Source: a virus
Strand: one strand, 5' to 3'
DNA: 64,000 bases
IMG/VR virus record: IMGVR_UViG_3300027983_001201
Coordinates: 3,194 to 67,193 of that record
Position 1 is the stretch's first letter, and every line of letters begins with the position of its first letter. Positions 48,926 through 58,966 of this stretch are shown here, in pieces. The position numbers were made by a program, and so were the translations under genes. The notes under the pieces were generated by a model. That model was not told the DNA's origin and ran no database searches. It worked only from the letters and a program-made list of their open reading frames with translations.

Positions 48926-49672
48926 TTATTTTAAATTCTCAAAAACTTCTTCAATGACCTTTATTATTTTATTCCTTACAATATCATCTGGGTTTCTAAG
49001 TTCTACACAACCAAAGTTTTCAATATCCTTAAAGTGTTCTAACACTATCTCTAAAGAACTATCTTTTTTATTTCTAATGTCTTTTTGTTTAACATCCCCT
49101 AAAATAATCATCTTAGAATTGTCACCAATACGAGTCATTAAAGTTCTCATATTATCTATTGATATGTTTTGTGCTTCATCAACTATTATAACAGTATTAT
49201 CGATACTTCTACCCCTAACAAAGGCTAGTGGTTGTATAGTAATTAATTTAAGTTCTCTTAGTTTATGTGTTAAAGATTCACCAATAAGTTTTTCAAAATT
49301 ATCGATAAATGAACCCATATAAGGGTCGAATTTTTCTTGTATATCACCAGGTAAAAACCCCAATTCCTCGCCTTTTAATTGTGTGATAGATTTTATTAAT
49401 AAAATCTTTTTATACTTTGATTTTGATTTAATCAATTTAAGGGCTTCAGCACACCCAATATACGTCTTACCACTACCTGGTAATCCAGATACGATTGTAA
49501 TTTCATTTTCCCTTATAGAGTCTCTTAACTTACCTTGATTAACATTTTTACACTTATAGTTTACAGTCATCGATGTAAGGAACTTATCCTCTTCTTGATT
49601 TTTTCTATAAACAAAATCTTGTATCTCCTGGTATTCTTCATCAGAAAGTTTTTTATTTCTTTTTCTCGCCAT
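48926..49672 (-). CDS. phoH: PhoH-like ATPase
   Basis: GLPGSGKT, LGFLPGDIQEK, FVRGRS, IVDEAQN, TRIG, GDVKQ, IVRN. Confidence 0.93.
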   Translation of the reverse strand: MARKRNKKLSDEEYQEIQDFVYRKNQEEDKFLTSMTVNYKCKNVNQGKLRDSIRENEITIVSGLPGSGKTYIGCAEALKLIKSKSKYKKILLIKSITQLKGEELGFLPGDIQEKFDPYMGSFIDNFEKLIGESLTHKLRELKLITIQPLAFVRGRSIDNTVIIVDEAQNISIDNMRTLMTRIGDNSKMIILGDVKQKDIRNKKDSSLEIVLEHFKDIENFGCVELRNPDDIVRNKIIKVIEEVFENLK

Positions 49673-49709
49673 ACGATAATAATAGTTTAGTAATTGGGTA
49701 ATGTGAATG

Positions 49710-50654
49710 TTATTTCCTTATATTTTTATAATTAGATTCAAACCACTCTATAGTCTCTTTCAAACCATCATATAGTGGTGTAAATTTAAAGTCAGGTAAA
49801 TAATGTTTAATTTTACTGTTATCACTGGGTTTTCTAAATTGACCGTCTGGTTTATTTTTATCCCATATTACTTCCCCTTTGAAATTCATTAATTCGATAA
49901 TGATACCTACCACTTCTTTTATTGATATCTCTTCAGATGTTGATAAGATGATTGGTTCATCTTCATTGTAATTATCCAATACCCATTCTGTTAATTTAGC
50001 AACATCTTTACTATTTATAAACTCTCTTAGAGGTTTCCCACTTCCCCATATAGTTAATGGTGTATTTGTTTCTCTAGCGATATAACACTTATGAATTAAA
50101 GATGGTACAACATGACCATTCTCAATATCAAAGTTATCATTAATCCCATATATGTTTGTGGGTATCACTGATTTATAGTTTAAACCATATTGTTCTCTAT
50201 ACGATCTAATCTGAACATCAGCCATTCTTTTAGCGTATGCATAAGCATCATTACTAAAATGTGGTGGACCTAAATGTATTTTATCTTCTGTAAGTGGATA
50301 TTCTACGTTGTCAGGAAATATACAAGTGGATAAAAAACAAACAAGTTTTTTTATCCCACATCTTCTGGCGGATTCAATAACATTAGTATTTATCATTATA
50401 TTCTCATAAAAGAATTCACCTTTATGGTTAATGTTCCCACCTAAACCACCTACTTTAGCTGCGCAATGGATAACAGAGTCCCAACCCTTCCCAAATAAAC
50501 TATACACTTCTTCAGTGTTTCTTAAATCACACTCTTTAGAAGAAGCAATACCATATGGTGGGTATAATTTATACCCATAATAAGATGAATATTCACCTTT
50601 TATGAATTGTGACCCAACTAATCCATTACCACCAGTAACTAAAATCTTACGCAT
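49710..50654 (-). CDS. fcl: GDP-L-fucose synthase
   Basis: GGNGLVG, HCAAKVGG, LSTCIFP, YAYAK, PTNIYG, GSGKPLREF, KPDG. Confidence 0.93.
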   Translation of the reverse strand: MRKILVTGGNGLVGSQFIKGEYSSYYGYKLYPPYGIASSKECDLRNTEEVYSLFGKGWDSVIHCAAKVGGLGGNINHKGEFFYENIMINTNVIESARRCGIKKLVCFLSTCIFPDNVEYPLTEDKIHLGPPHFSNDAYAYAKRMADVQIRSYREQYGLNYKSVIPTNIYGINDNFDIENGHVVPSLIHKCYIARETNTPLTIWGSGKPLREFINSKDVAKLTEWVLDNYNEDEPIILSTSEEISIKEVVGIIIELMNFKGEVIWDKNKPDGQFRKPSDNSKIKHYLPDFKFTPLYDGLKETIEWFESNYKNIRK

Positions 50655-52812
50655 ATATAATATCTTTTTCTTTATAATATGTTAACCAATATTCAACCAT
50701 TTCATCTAACATTGTCTCAAATGTGTATTTAGGTTCCCACCCTAATTTAGTTCTTATCTTAGATGAGTCACCTTTTAAATCTTTCAATTCCTCAGGTCTG
50801 AAATGATTATCATCGATAACAACATAACCTCTATAATCCATTTCTAATTTATTAAATACGTAATCACATAGTTCTTTAACTGAATGAGAAATTCCTGTAG
50901 AACAAACATAATCATCAGGTACATCAGTTTGTAACATCATCCACATAGCTTCAACATAATCCTTAGCGTGTCCCCAATCTCTTGTAGCATCTAAATTCCC
51001 TAAATGTAAGTTTTCTTGTAACCCTAATTTAATTCTAACTGCTGCTTTAACAACTTTATTAGTTACAAAATTGGTTCCTCTCCTTGGTGAGTTACTTATT
51101 ACAGTATTACCAACACCACCCATAATTTTACCACTATTGACTTCAATGTCGAATACCCATTCTGGCTGTTTTACGAGTTCAAATTGTTTTTTTATTTCTG
51201 TCTTATCTTTATATAAGTGTGAAGGTTCATAAACTGAAACATTATTCAGTACTTTAGATATTGTACCTCTAGATACATTTAATTCTGTTGATATTTTCCT
51301 TTGACTAAAACTTAAATTTAATAAGGTTTTAATCTCATCAGTCCTATCCCCACTATCACTTAATAAATTAATACTATAATATATCTTATCTTTTTTAGTT
51401 TCTACAGTAATATTATGTTCTTGTTTTGTTGTATTATTTATTAAAAATAATAACCCTTGTGCTAATGAAATAGAATTAGTCTTAAAATTTTTAAACTCAT
51501 ACGTACAAGGGTTAGATTTTAAACCATCCCCTAAATTATACCCCTTTAAAAATTCTAACTGTACTTCGTTATTAGCGTTTAATACTCTAGAAGGTATTTT
51601 TTTAAAATTTTCTTTATCATAAATTTCTTTTCGTAATAAAGTCGCATATTTAACACAACCATTTAATCTTATACTAGTACTTATACCACCATAACCACTT
51701 ATATAACTTTTAGGGTTACTTACCGACCCTAATGTAACCCTCTCCCATAAAACACTGATTTCGTTTAATATATCCACATCATTGTTAGTGAATTTAATAC
51801 TACCATCTATTGATATGTGTCCATCACTAACCAATAAACCAATTAGTTTTGATTCATCTATTGTCATTGAACATATTTCTAATGACCTTGGGTATTTACC
51901 ATGTAATAATTTATCACCAATACTAACATCCCTCGCTTTAACCTTAGTTTTATTATCCAATAATAAATTATGGTGTTTAGTTGTTTGAATAGCACCACCT
52001 CTAGTATTATTTAAAACACATGTATAATCATCATCTTTTTTAGTCCTTTTTGTTGCGGTAATACAATTTACATCAACAAATCTTTCACCATCCCAAACCT
52101 CTAAATTAAAATCATTCCATTGTTGTTTTATATTTCCACGTTTTTTTAATGGTACCATATCCTTTATTTTCATAATATCGATAACCCCATTTGATTTAGA
52201 TTTAGTAATAATTGGTGTATTTTCACTTATACACTCGTGATTAAATAAAATCCCGTTCCATATTTTCATATCATAAGAATTTCTATAATTTCTACAAATA
52301 TTATGTGAAAAAACCTTTGCGCAACCATATGGTGATACTGGTGAGAATGGGGTAGTTTCTCTTTGATACCCATCCTCATCTATGTTATTGCCAAACATTT
52401 CAGATGAACTTGCTTGATATATTTTTGACTCTGGTGATACCATTCTTATCGCTTCTAATAAATTTAGTGTACCTAAACCAGTTGCGTTTGCTGTGTAGAT
52501 TGGTTGATCAAAACTAACTCTTACATGTGATTGAGCAGCTAAATTATAAATCTCATCAGGTTGTACCTTTTGTAAAACTCTTACTAAAGATGCCATATCA
52601 GTTAAATCAGCATATTCTAAATTAATTTTATTAGTTGATCTTAAATGTTCTATCCTTGTTGATTGTGTTTCAGATACAGAATTCCTTTTTACTGTCCCCC
52701 ATACTTCATACCCTTTTTCTAATAATAATTCCGCTAGGTATGATCCATCTTGTCCATTAATTCCAGTGATGAGACATTTACACCCCCTATAAACACTATT
52801 TTCTTTTTTCAT
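50647..52812 (-). CDS. gmd: GDP-mannose 4,6-dehydratase, intein-containing
   Basis: ITGINGQDGSYL, YNLAAQSHV, QASSSE, SPYGCAK, FNHE|SPRRG, RDWGHA; 340-aa extein. Confidence 0.94.
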   Translation of the reverse strand: MKKENSVYRGCKCLITGINGQDGSYLAELLLEKGYEVWGTVKRNSVSETQSTRIEHLRSTNKINLEYADLTDMASLVRVLQKVQPDEIYNLAAQSHVRVSFDQPIYTANATGLGTLNLLEAIRMVSPESKIYQASSSEMFGNNIDEDGYQRETTPFSPVSPYGCAKVFSHNICRNYRNSYDMKIWNGILFNHECISENTPIITKSKSNGVIDIMKIKDMVPLKKRGNIKQQWNDFNLEVWDGERFVDVNCITATKRTKKDDDYTCVLNNTRGGAIQTTKHHNLLLDNKTKVKARDVSIGDKLLHGKYPRSLEICSMTIDESKLIGLLVSDGHISIDGSIKFTNNDVDILNEISVLWERVTLGSVSNPKSYISGYGGISTSIRLNGCVKYATLLRKEIYDKENFKKIPSRVLNANNEVQLEFLKGYNLGDGLKSNPCTYEFKNFKTNSISLAQGLLFLINNTTKQEHNITVETKKDKIYYSINLLSDSGDRTDEIKTLLNLSFSQRKISTELNVSRGTISKVLNNVSVYEPSHLYKDKTEIKKQFELVKQPEWVFDIEVNSGKIMGGVGNTVISNSPRRGTNFVTNKVVKAAVRIKLGLQENLHLGNLDATRDWGHAKDYVEAMWMMLQTDVPDDYVCSTGISHSVKELCDYVFNKLEMDYRGYVVIDDNHFRPEELKDLKGDSSKIRTKLGWEPKYTFETMLDEMVEYWLTYYKEKDIIYA
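51091..52233 (-). mobile_element. Intein (381 aa) with LAGLIDADG endonuclease and HTH in Gmd
   Basis: FNHE|CISENT...NTVISN|SPRRG; LIGLLVSDG, FLKGYNLGDG; SQRKISTELNVSRGTISK. Confidence 0.9.
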
Positions 52813-53582
52813 AATTTAACCCACTTATTAGGTATAATATCTTTTTGGTCGGATGGACCTTTATGTCCAAACCAATTAATGGGTGCGATTGTGATACCAC
52901 TACTTCTTGATATCCATGCACCCCACCAACTAAAACTACTATTAGATATTATTTGATTATTACACATACTCATTAATAATAAGTCATCCACCTCATTTGT
53001 AAATGGGGAATAAGTTATATCTTCACCCTTAAAATTTTCTTTGCACCATTCAATATCGTCAGATATGAAAACAAAATTACTATCACCTATCATACCCATT
53101 GCTTTTCTATAATAGTCTACACTACAAGTAGGGTGAAAATCTGGATGTTTTAAATAGTCTCCTCTACGGACATGTATTGCGGTTAGGGGTTTTTTAATTG
53201 TGTCAATATAGGATTGTATTTTGTATTTTTGATCGGTAGAAAAATAGAAGAGATTTTTTACCTCTTCTCTATATTTTTTAAAATATTTCTCTGACTGGAA
53301 GAACCCATCTAAATATAAATTTGTGGTATTAGGTATGTCACTATATGAAAATTTTGGTTCTCTATATTGTTGTAGATTACCTATAGTTTTAATATCTAAT
53401 GTATTATTAATTAGTTTGAAGAGGTTATCCTCATATTTTTTAGTAGGGTTACCCTGATTCGGTGTGAAACAATGGTTAAAATCAAAATTATAATCTACAC
53501 CATTTGTTATAGAAAGTGCATACGTGGTTGCAATCTGAAACATCTGATTCCCTAAACCACCTTGTAGTTTTGCTGTGATCAT
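52809..53582 (-). CDS. Alpha-1,2-fucosyltransferase (GT11)
   Basis: GGLGNQMFQ, IHVRRGDY, SDDIEWC, NSSFSWWGAW. Confidence 0.9.
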   Translation of the reverse strand: MITAKLQGGLGNQMFQIATTYALSITNGVDYNFDFNHCFTPNQGNPTKKYEDNLFKLINNTLDIKTIGNLQQYREPKFSYSDIPNTTNLYLDGFFQSEKYFKKYREEVKNLFYFSTDQKYKIQSYIDTIKKPLTAIHVRRGDYLKHPDFHPTCSVDYYRKAMGMIGDSNFVFISDDIEWCKENFKGEDITYSPFTNEVDDLLLMSMCNNQIISNSSFSWWGAWISRSSGITIAPINWFGHKGPSDQKDIIPNKWVKL

Positions 53583-53662
53583 ATTTTAGTTTTATATGTA
53601 GTGTCGAAGATATAACACTCTAACCTTTCTATCACCCAAGCTATAACTATTTCTTTTAACAT
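53579..53662 (-). pseudogene. 27-aa stub of an internally deleted gene (DUF3431-like)
   Basis: MLKEIVIA|WVIERLECYIFDTTYKTKI*; overlaps both neighbours; the IER motif parallels LLER at the end of 56852-57583. Confidence 0.55.
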
Positions 53663-54567
53663 ATTTCAAAACATTCAATTAAATTATTTATTCTATTAAT
53701 ATATGTATGATTATTTTTTACAAAATCCATAGCTGATTTAATAGTATCAAGACTTACATTTTCCTCAGACTCCATTAATTTATTATATAATAACCCTAAA
53801 TCTGGTTCATATATTACGTGTTCACCAAAAACATTTTTAACATTTAGTGAATTAGTCCCAGTTAATCTACCATAACTTATGTTTTTAAATATACGACATG
53901 GTAGATACCCACATTCAACATGCCAATCATTTCGGATATCAAATGAGATTAAAGAATCTCTAACAAATAAATAATTGTTCTCATCAGATTGACCACTAAT
54001 AATTTTTAAAGTTTTATTATTAGGTAATGTGTTTTGAAATTGCGTAATCTGCTGTCGATTTTCGCCAGTAGTTCCTATGAAATTTATAAAACCATTGTTT
54101 GGATTATATTTTAAAGCATTATCTAAGTTAATTTCATCCGATGTCAAATCAGTCGCCCAAGGTTGGTATATTGTTCTTGTTTTCTCATCCCAGAAACAAC
54201 ATTCACCACCAATTTTAATTACTGAATTTTCTGGGTGGTTAGATGAAATACCGTCATCACAAGAACTAAGATAGTTACCAAGATTTATATATTTAACACC
54301 AGATACTATATATTTTGTCATATCTTTTATATGGTGAAGAATATAATAAGAACTATCATTTAGTGGTATATTGTTTTCTTGAGTTCCGATAGTTAAAAAA
54401 ACACAGTTTTCAAAATCGAAACCAGAAACATTTTCTCTATCATCAAACCAATAAGTATCATATCCCATTTTTTTAAATGCTTTATAATACCCGTTATGTA
54501 TATATGAATGTGTATGTGTATGGAGTTTATAACCCCATATAATCACTTTGTTATTTAGTGTAATCAT
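53656..54567 (-). CDS. CgeB-like GT-B glycosyltransferase
   Basis: HTHSYIH, GYLPCRIFKNISYG, HTYINR; start moved to ATG 54567. Confidence 0.7.
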   Translation of the reverse strand: MITLNNKVIIWGYKLHTHTHSYIHNGYYKAFKKMGYDTYWFDDRENVSGFDFENCVFLTIGTQENNIPLNDSSYYILHHIKDMTKYIVSGVKYINLGNYLSSCDDGISSNHPENSVIKIGGECCFWDEKTRTIYQPWATDLTSDEINLDNALKYNPNNGFINFIGTTGENRQQITQFQNTLPNNKTLKIISGQSDENNYLFVRDSLISFDIRNDWHVECGYLPCRIFKNISYGRLTGTNSLNVKNVFGEHVIYEPDLGLLYNKLMESEENVSLDTIKSAMDFVKNNHTYINRINNLIECFEIC

Positions 54568-54623
54568 ATCTAAAAATTTTGTTTTCACGATAATTAAAAT
54601 TATAATCAACGCTTGTCATTTTA

Positions 54624-55331
54624 TTATTCCCTTATTAAGACAACCTGATATTCATCCATTATAATCTTCCACCCATTTTCTTGTAGGTAAGGTATTGAAT
54701 ACTTAGCTTTACCATATTCAGATGGGTCTTGTTTTTTTGATTGAATGTTTTTAACATCATCAATTAAGATAATCCCATTCGGAGACATTATATCATTCTC
54801 AACTAGTATCTTAGATTCCCTTAGATGTAGTTGCGCAGTCTCTTCTATTGGTGTTACGTCACCTGTATCCATGTATAAGAAGTCTATTTTACCTTTGCGA
54901 TTAGCTAGATATTGTTCAGAAGACATGTGATGGTGAGTAATATTAGACAAATCCTCAGTCATTTTTTTGGACCTGTTAACGTGAGCTTCCGTTAATTCAA
55001 CAGATGTTAGTTGAATATTCGTGTTTTGAATCATTAACCCTAATAATCTAGTGAAACAACCAGCACTCCAATCCCATATCTCTGGGTTATTCACTTCCCA
55101 AAATGATGTGTCATCGTTGTTACATCCAGGAAATCTACCATCAACAAAACTTCTAGACGTACCAAGTTCAACTATTGTTTTAAAATTATGTTTTTTAAAG
55201 TTATCCCAGCAACATTTTAATGTGTCGTACCTAAATAATGGTACTCTATTGAATGTTGAGGCGTACTCTTCTTCGCTATTGTAGTATAACATAGCTTTAT
55301 CCATTAATTCTTTGTGTTTTTCTAATTCCAT
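54624..55331 (-). CDS. Class I SAM-dependent methyltransferase
   Basis: IVELGT, IDFLYMD, GIILIDD. Confidence 0.8.
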   Translation of the reverse strand: MELEKHKELMDKAMLYYNSEEEYASTFNRVPLFRYDTLKCCWDNFKKHNFKTIVELGTSRSFVDGRFPGCNNDDTSFWEVNNPEIWDWSAGCFTRLLGLMIQNTNIQLTSVELTEAHVNRSKKMTEDLSNITHHHMSSEQYLANRKGKIDFLYMDTGDVTPIEETAQLHLRESKILVENDIMSPNGIILIDDVKNIQSKKQDPSEYGKAKYSIPYLQENGWKIIMDEYQVVLIRE

Positions 55332-55333
55332 GA

Positions 55334-56065
55334 TTAAATTTTTATAAATTCGTGTTGTTTATTTTTATCTGTTAAATATGTGTTATATCTAGAATTCATA
55401 ATTCGTTTAGTGTCATTATCAGCATACACACCAAAGCTGTTGTAAAATTCTTGAGTACCATCAGGTATCGTTTCATCACCTATTTCGTGCAAGAATAAAC
55501 AATTTTCATCACCTATTTTTACCTCACCTAAAGGCATTTTTAATGGTTCTGAATTAGTTAAATTTGTAATAACAGAACCCATTACATGACAACCACCTCT
55601 TGGTCCATTTTCCCTATACCTTTTTATTATTTCAATTACATTTTCTTTTATTATTGTTGATTTTTTTTTAGAATATATAAAACCATTTGATACATTATGT
55701 AAACCCATGTTTGAACAACCAACAAAATCAACTGAATTGAAGTCTATATAATCTTCCATACTAACCAACGGTTCTTGGTCTACGTCAGCATAAATACCAC
55801 CATACTCATATAATAAACATAACCTAACAATGTCAGACTTATACCTACCGTCAGGTTCGTGATTAAACCAAAATAACACATCTTCACCAAATGTTATATT
55901 AAACTCACCCAAAAACTTAACACAGTCGTTGTTTGTCCAAATCATTTGTTTTAAATCTACATTTGGGTTTAAATTAAACCATTTATCGATATTACTCTTG
56001 GTTGATGGGTGTATCCTATTTGAACCATATTGTGGGGGTAGGATTGTGTGATGTATATTAACCAT
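55334..56065 (-). CDS. DxD glycosyltransferase (GT32-like)
   Basis: KSDIVRLCLLYEYGGIYADVD. Confidence 0.85.
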   Translation of the reverse strand: MVNIHHTILPPQYGSNRIHPSTKSNIDKWFNLNPNVDLKQMIWTNNDCVKFLGEFNITFGEDVLFWFNHEPDGRYKSDIVRLCLLYEYGGIYADVDQEPLVSMEDYIDFNSVDFVGCSNMGLHNVSNGFIYSKKKSTIIKENVIEIIKRYRENGPRGGCHVMGSVITNLTNSEPLKMPLGEVKIGDENCLFLHEIGDETIPDGTQEFYNSFGVYADNDTKRIMNSRYNTYLTDKNKQHEFIKI

Positions 56066-56069
56066 ATTT

Positions 56070-56855
56070 TTATTTTTCCTTTAACTCTTTAATCCAATAA
56101 TGTACCTCATTTTGTGGGTCTTCATCTACCTTAATTATTGGTGTGGTTATCTTATGTTTATCCCTAAAATCTTGTATTGCTAAAACACAAGTTCTATGGT
56201 GAAAATCATCTATTATTAAATACCCACCAACGGATAGTTTATCATATAAAACATCTAACACCTGTATTGTTGATTCATACATATCACCATCTAATCTTAA
56301 TATGGATATTGGACCAATATCAAGTGTTGGTATTGTATCTTTAAACCAACCCTTAACAAATATAAGGTTATCATCTATTAAACCAAATTTATTAAAATTC
56401 TCAGTTACTTGATCTAAAGAAACTGATAACATTGGGTCTAAATAATGTGTGTCACCGATATCGTGTTGGTAAGAACCATCTGGTTCCGGTAAACCTTCAA
56501 ATGAGTCAGCAACATAAACCTTTCTTTCTGGTGATACTTCGTTATAAACAGATTTGGCTAAAATACATGCACCACCAGCTCAGGCACCAGTTTCAATAAA
56601 ATCACCCACAATATTCCTTTCAACAGTATCTTTAATGGCTTCAACTAAGTGACCAAGTGCTGTCCATGGTAATAATGTTAACCTATTGTCCTCACCCCAA
56701 TTAATTTTTGGGTGAGTTGGTAGGGTTGATATTGTAGCGTTTATCTCGTCTTCGGTGATAAATTCACCATTAAAAAATTTAGTTCTAACTTCTGTTAGGT
56801 TCTCTGACCCAACAATCATTCTTTTAACAAATTCAGATTTCATATTTTTATTCAT
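56070..56855 (-). pseudogene. TylF/MycF sugar O-methyltransferase with one in-frame TGA (56580-56582)
   Basis: GDFIETGA*AGG...ADSFEGLP...KGWFKDT...LRLDGDMYEST...GGYLIIDD all in one frame. Confidence 0.85.
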
Positions 56856-57583
56856 TTTTTTATTTTATTTTTAAATTCTTTTTTTATTTTAAAATCACCA
56901 TTCCACCAAGGGGTTGAATCTTGACCAAATATTGTACACATTGCACGTTCTAATAAATAAGCTTCACCAGGTTGCGCATGCCATGAAACTAACTCTCTCA
57001 TTGTTTCATAAAAATGTTTATTATATTTTAATATATCTTTTTTTGGTATGATGTAGTTACCGCCTGGTGCAAATCTTATATATTCACCCTGTACACCATC
57101 CTCAAAAATCATATCTAATAATTCTTGATAAGACTTTACAGTTCTTGAGTGGTGTTTATTAGAAACTGTTGTGTTTACCTCAACAGTTTTTTCATGATAC
57201 CTGTCATGTTCATCCACAAATGAATATATATTTGGTGAGTGTATAGGGTGATCCCTTATATAATTTTCAATTGGGGTGAATTTAGTGTTATTAATTATCT
57301 CATTAAATTTCTCTTCCCCACAATGTCTTGGGAACACATTAGATTTACAGAAAATTGTGGTATCAGGTAAATTATCATAATTATTAACAATGAAATCGAA
57401 GATATCATATATATTAGCACCAACGTTTGGTTGGTGTTTTACTTTATCATTTTCCTCAAACCTATGAACCCTATCATATATTAAATAATTATCAGTAAAA
57501 TCAATAACCCATGATGATTCTACATCAGCAGGTAAGACATTAAAATCTGTAACCACTAGAAAATTTGTTTTTATAGGTTTCAT
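56852..57583 (-). CDS. DUF3431-like protein
   Basis: PNVG...FIVNNYDNLPD...FAPGGNYI...LLER. Confidence 0.65.
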   Translation of the reverse strand: MKPIKTNFLVVTDFNVLPADVESSWVIDFTDNYLIYDRVHRFEENDKVKHQPNVGANIYDIFDFIVNNYDNLPDTTIFCKSNVFPRHCGEEKFNEIINNTKFTPIENYIRDHPIHSPNIYSFVDEHDRYHEKTVEVNTTVSNKHHSRTVKSYQELLDMIFEDGVQGEYIRFAPGGNYIIPKKDILKYNKHFYETMRELVSWHAQPGEAYLLERAMCTIFGQDSTPWWNGDFKIKKEFKNKIKK

Positions 57584-58176
57584 TATAAATATTTTAATTT
57601 AAAGTCACCCACAGTTATTAAATTAAGAACTTCTTTCCTATTTACCTCTAAAAAAGGGTATTCATAGATTTCATCTGATGGGTCAACTTTAAGTGTTATT
57701 TGTGAACCTTTCTTGATAATACCACAACCCTCGTCTGTGTTAACGGTAGAAATATCTAATTCTGGGTTCTCTATTCGTAATTTAAGAATTGATTTCCAAA
57801 CATCACCATGCCAAGCATCTGACGCTCTTTCCCTTCTCTGCGTTATTTCCGTTATTGGGTTGCAATCGTGTACAACGATAATACCACCGTCCTCTAAAGC
57901 ATTTAATGAATTAACAATATCAAGATAAACTTGTTCAAAAATATGTAAACCATCAATGAAAATGATATCGTATTTACGTGTTATCTTATTTTTAAAGAAT
58001 TCGTCTGAAGTAACTTTATAAGTGGTGTCAACATTTGGGTCAACACCATGCTTTAGTTCTATTTCAACACCAACCCAATTATACCCAGGTTGTGCTGGTG
58101 TATTAACACCAATCTCTAAATATGATTTATATCCATATTTTTTTATTAAACCGTTTATTATTTCTGTTCTTGTCAT
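57583..58176 (-). CDS. SAM-dependent methyltransferase (Methyltransf_24-like)
   Basis: YLEIGV, GVDP, DIIFIDGLH, GGIIVVHDCNP, WHGDVWK. Confidence 0.85.
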   Translation of the reverse strand: MTRTEIINGLIKKYGYKSYLEIGVNTPAQPGYNWVGVEIELKHGVDPNVDTTYKVTSDEFFKNKITRKYDIIFIDGLHIFEQVYLDIVNSLNALEDGGIIVVHDCNPITEITQRRERASDAWHGDVWKSILKLRIENPELDISTVNTDEGCGIIKKGSQITLKVDPSDEIYEYPFLEVNRKEVLNLITVGDFKLKYL

Positions 58177-58177
58177 A

Positions 58178-58966
58178 TTATTTGAAGTTTTTAATATATT
58201 TTTCTTTATTATTTTTTAAATATACTGGTAATTCAGATTCATCTATTCTAGAACCATTTTCCCTAGATAACATATAATTCTTCGTGTAAATTGGGTGTTT
58301 AAAATCATTTATTTTCTTTTGATAACCACCTAAAGCATTAAAATGCCAACCACCATCTTCAATATAGATATACACATCTTTCATTTTCCTAAGAGTCCTT
58401 AAATGGTTAATACATTCATTTTTTATATTAAAATATTTAGTAACAATCGGCCCTGTGAAATAAGTCCAATCCTCATTAGTTCTAACATTTAAATAATTTA
58501 TATAACACAAATTAATCATTGGTTTGTATATATCATCATTAATCTCAAAATCAAGGTTATAGTTCCATATTTCATCCACATCAGACACATAACATATATC
58601 ATCATCATTTAAACCAATTAACGATTTTTTTATGGATTCTTTCTGATAAAATTCTTTTAACCAACATAAGTGTTCACGTGTTACATTATCGCTGTTAGAG
58701 GCTATTTGTAAGATTTCTTGGTCACAATGTTGGTCGCTGAAACCACTTGGTGTATCCCTGATAACGTAATGTATTATTTTACCCTTAAATTCTGAAAACC
58801 TATCTTTATTCAATTCATAGTAAAGTGGTTTCTCAACACCACTAAAAGTTTCAGTTGCCTCAATAATGACGAAATAATCAACATGTTCGTTTAAAACATT
58901 AAGTCGAATTTCTAACATATCCAATTCGTTATTGAATGTGAATATGTCGTATTTTTTTATTTCCAT
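58178..58966 (-). CDS. GT17 (MGAT3-like) glycosyltransferase
   Basis: FNNELDMLEIRL, FVIIEATETFSG..KPL, SDVDEI, GGWHF. Confidence 0.85.
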   Translation of the reverse strand: MEIKKYDIFTFNNELDMLEIRLNVLNEHVDYFVIIEATETFSGVEKPLYYELNKDRFSEFKGKIIHYVIRDTPSGFSDQHCDQEILQIASNSDNVTREHLCWLKEFYQKESIKKSLIGLNDDDICYVSDVDEIWNYNLDFEINDDIYKPMINLCYINYLNVRTNEDWTYFTGPIVTKYFNIKNECINHLRTLRKMKDVYIYIEDGGWHFNALGGYQKKINDFKHPIYTKNYMLSRENGSRIDESELPVYLKNNKEKYIKNFK

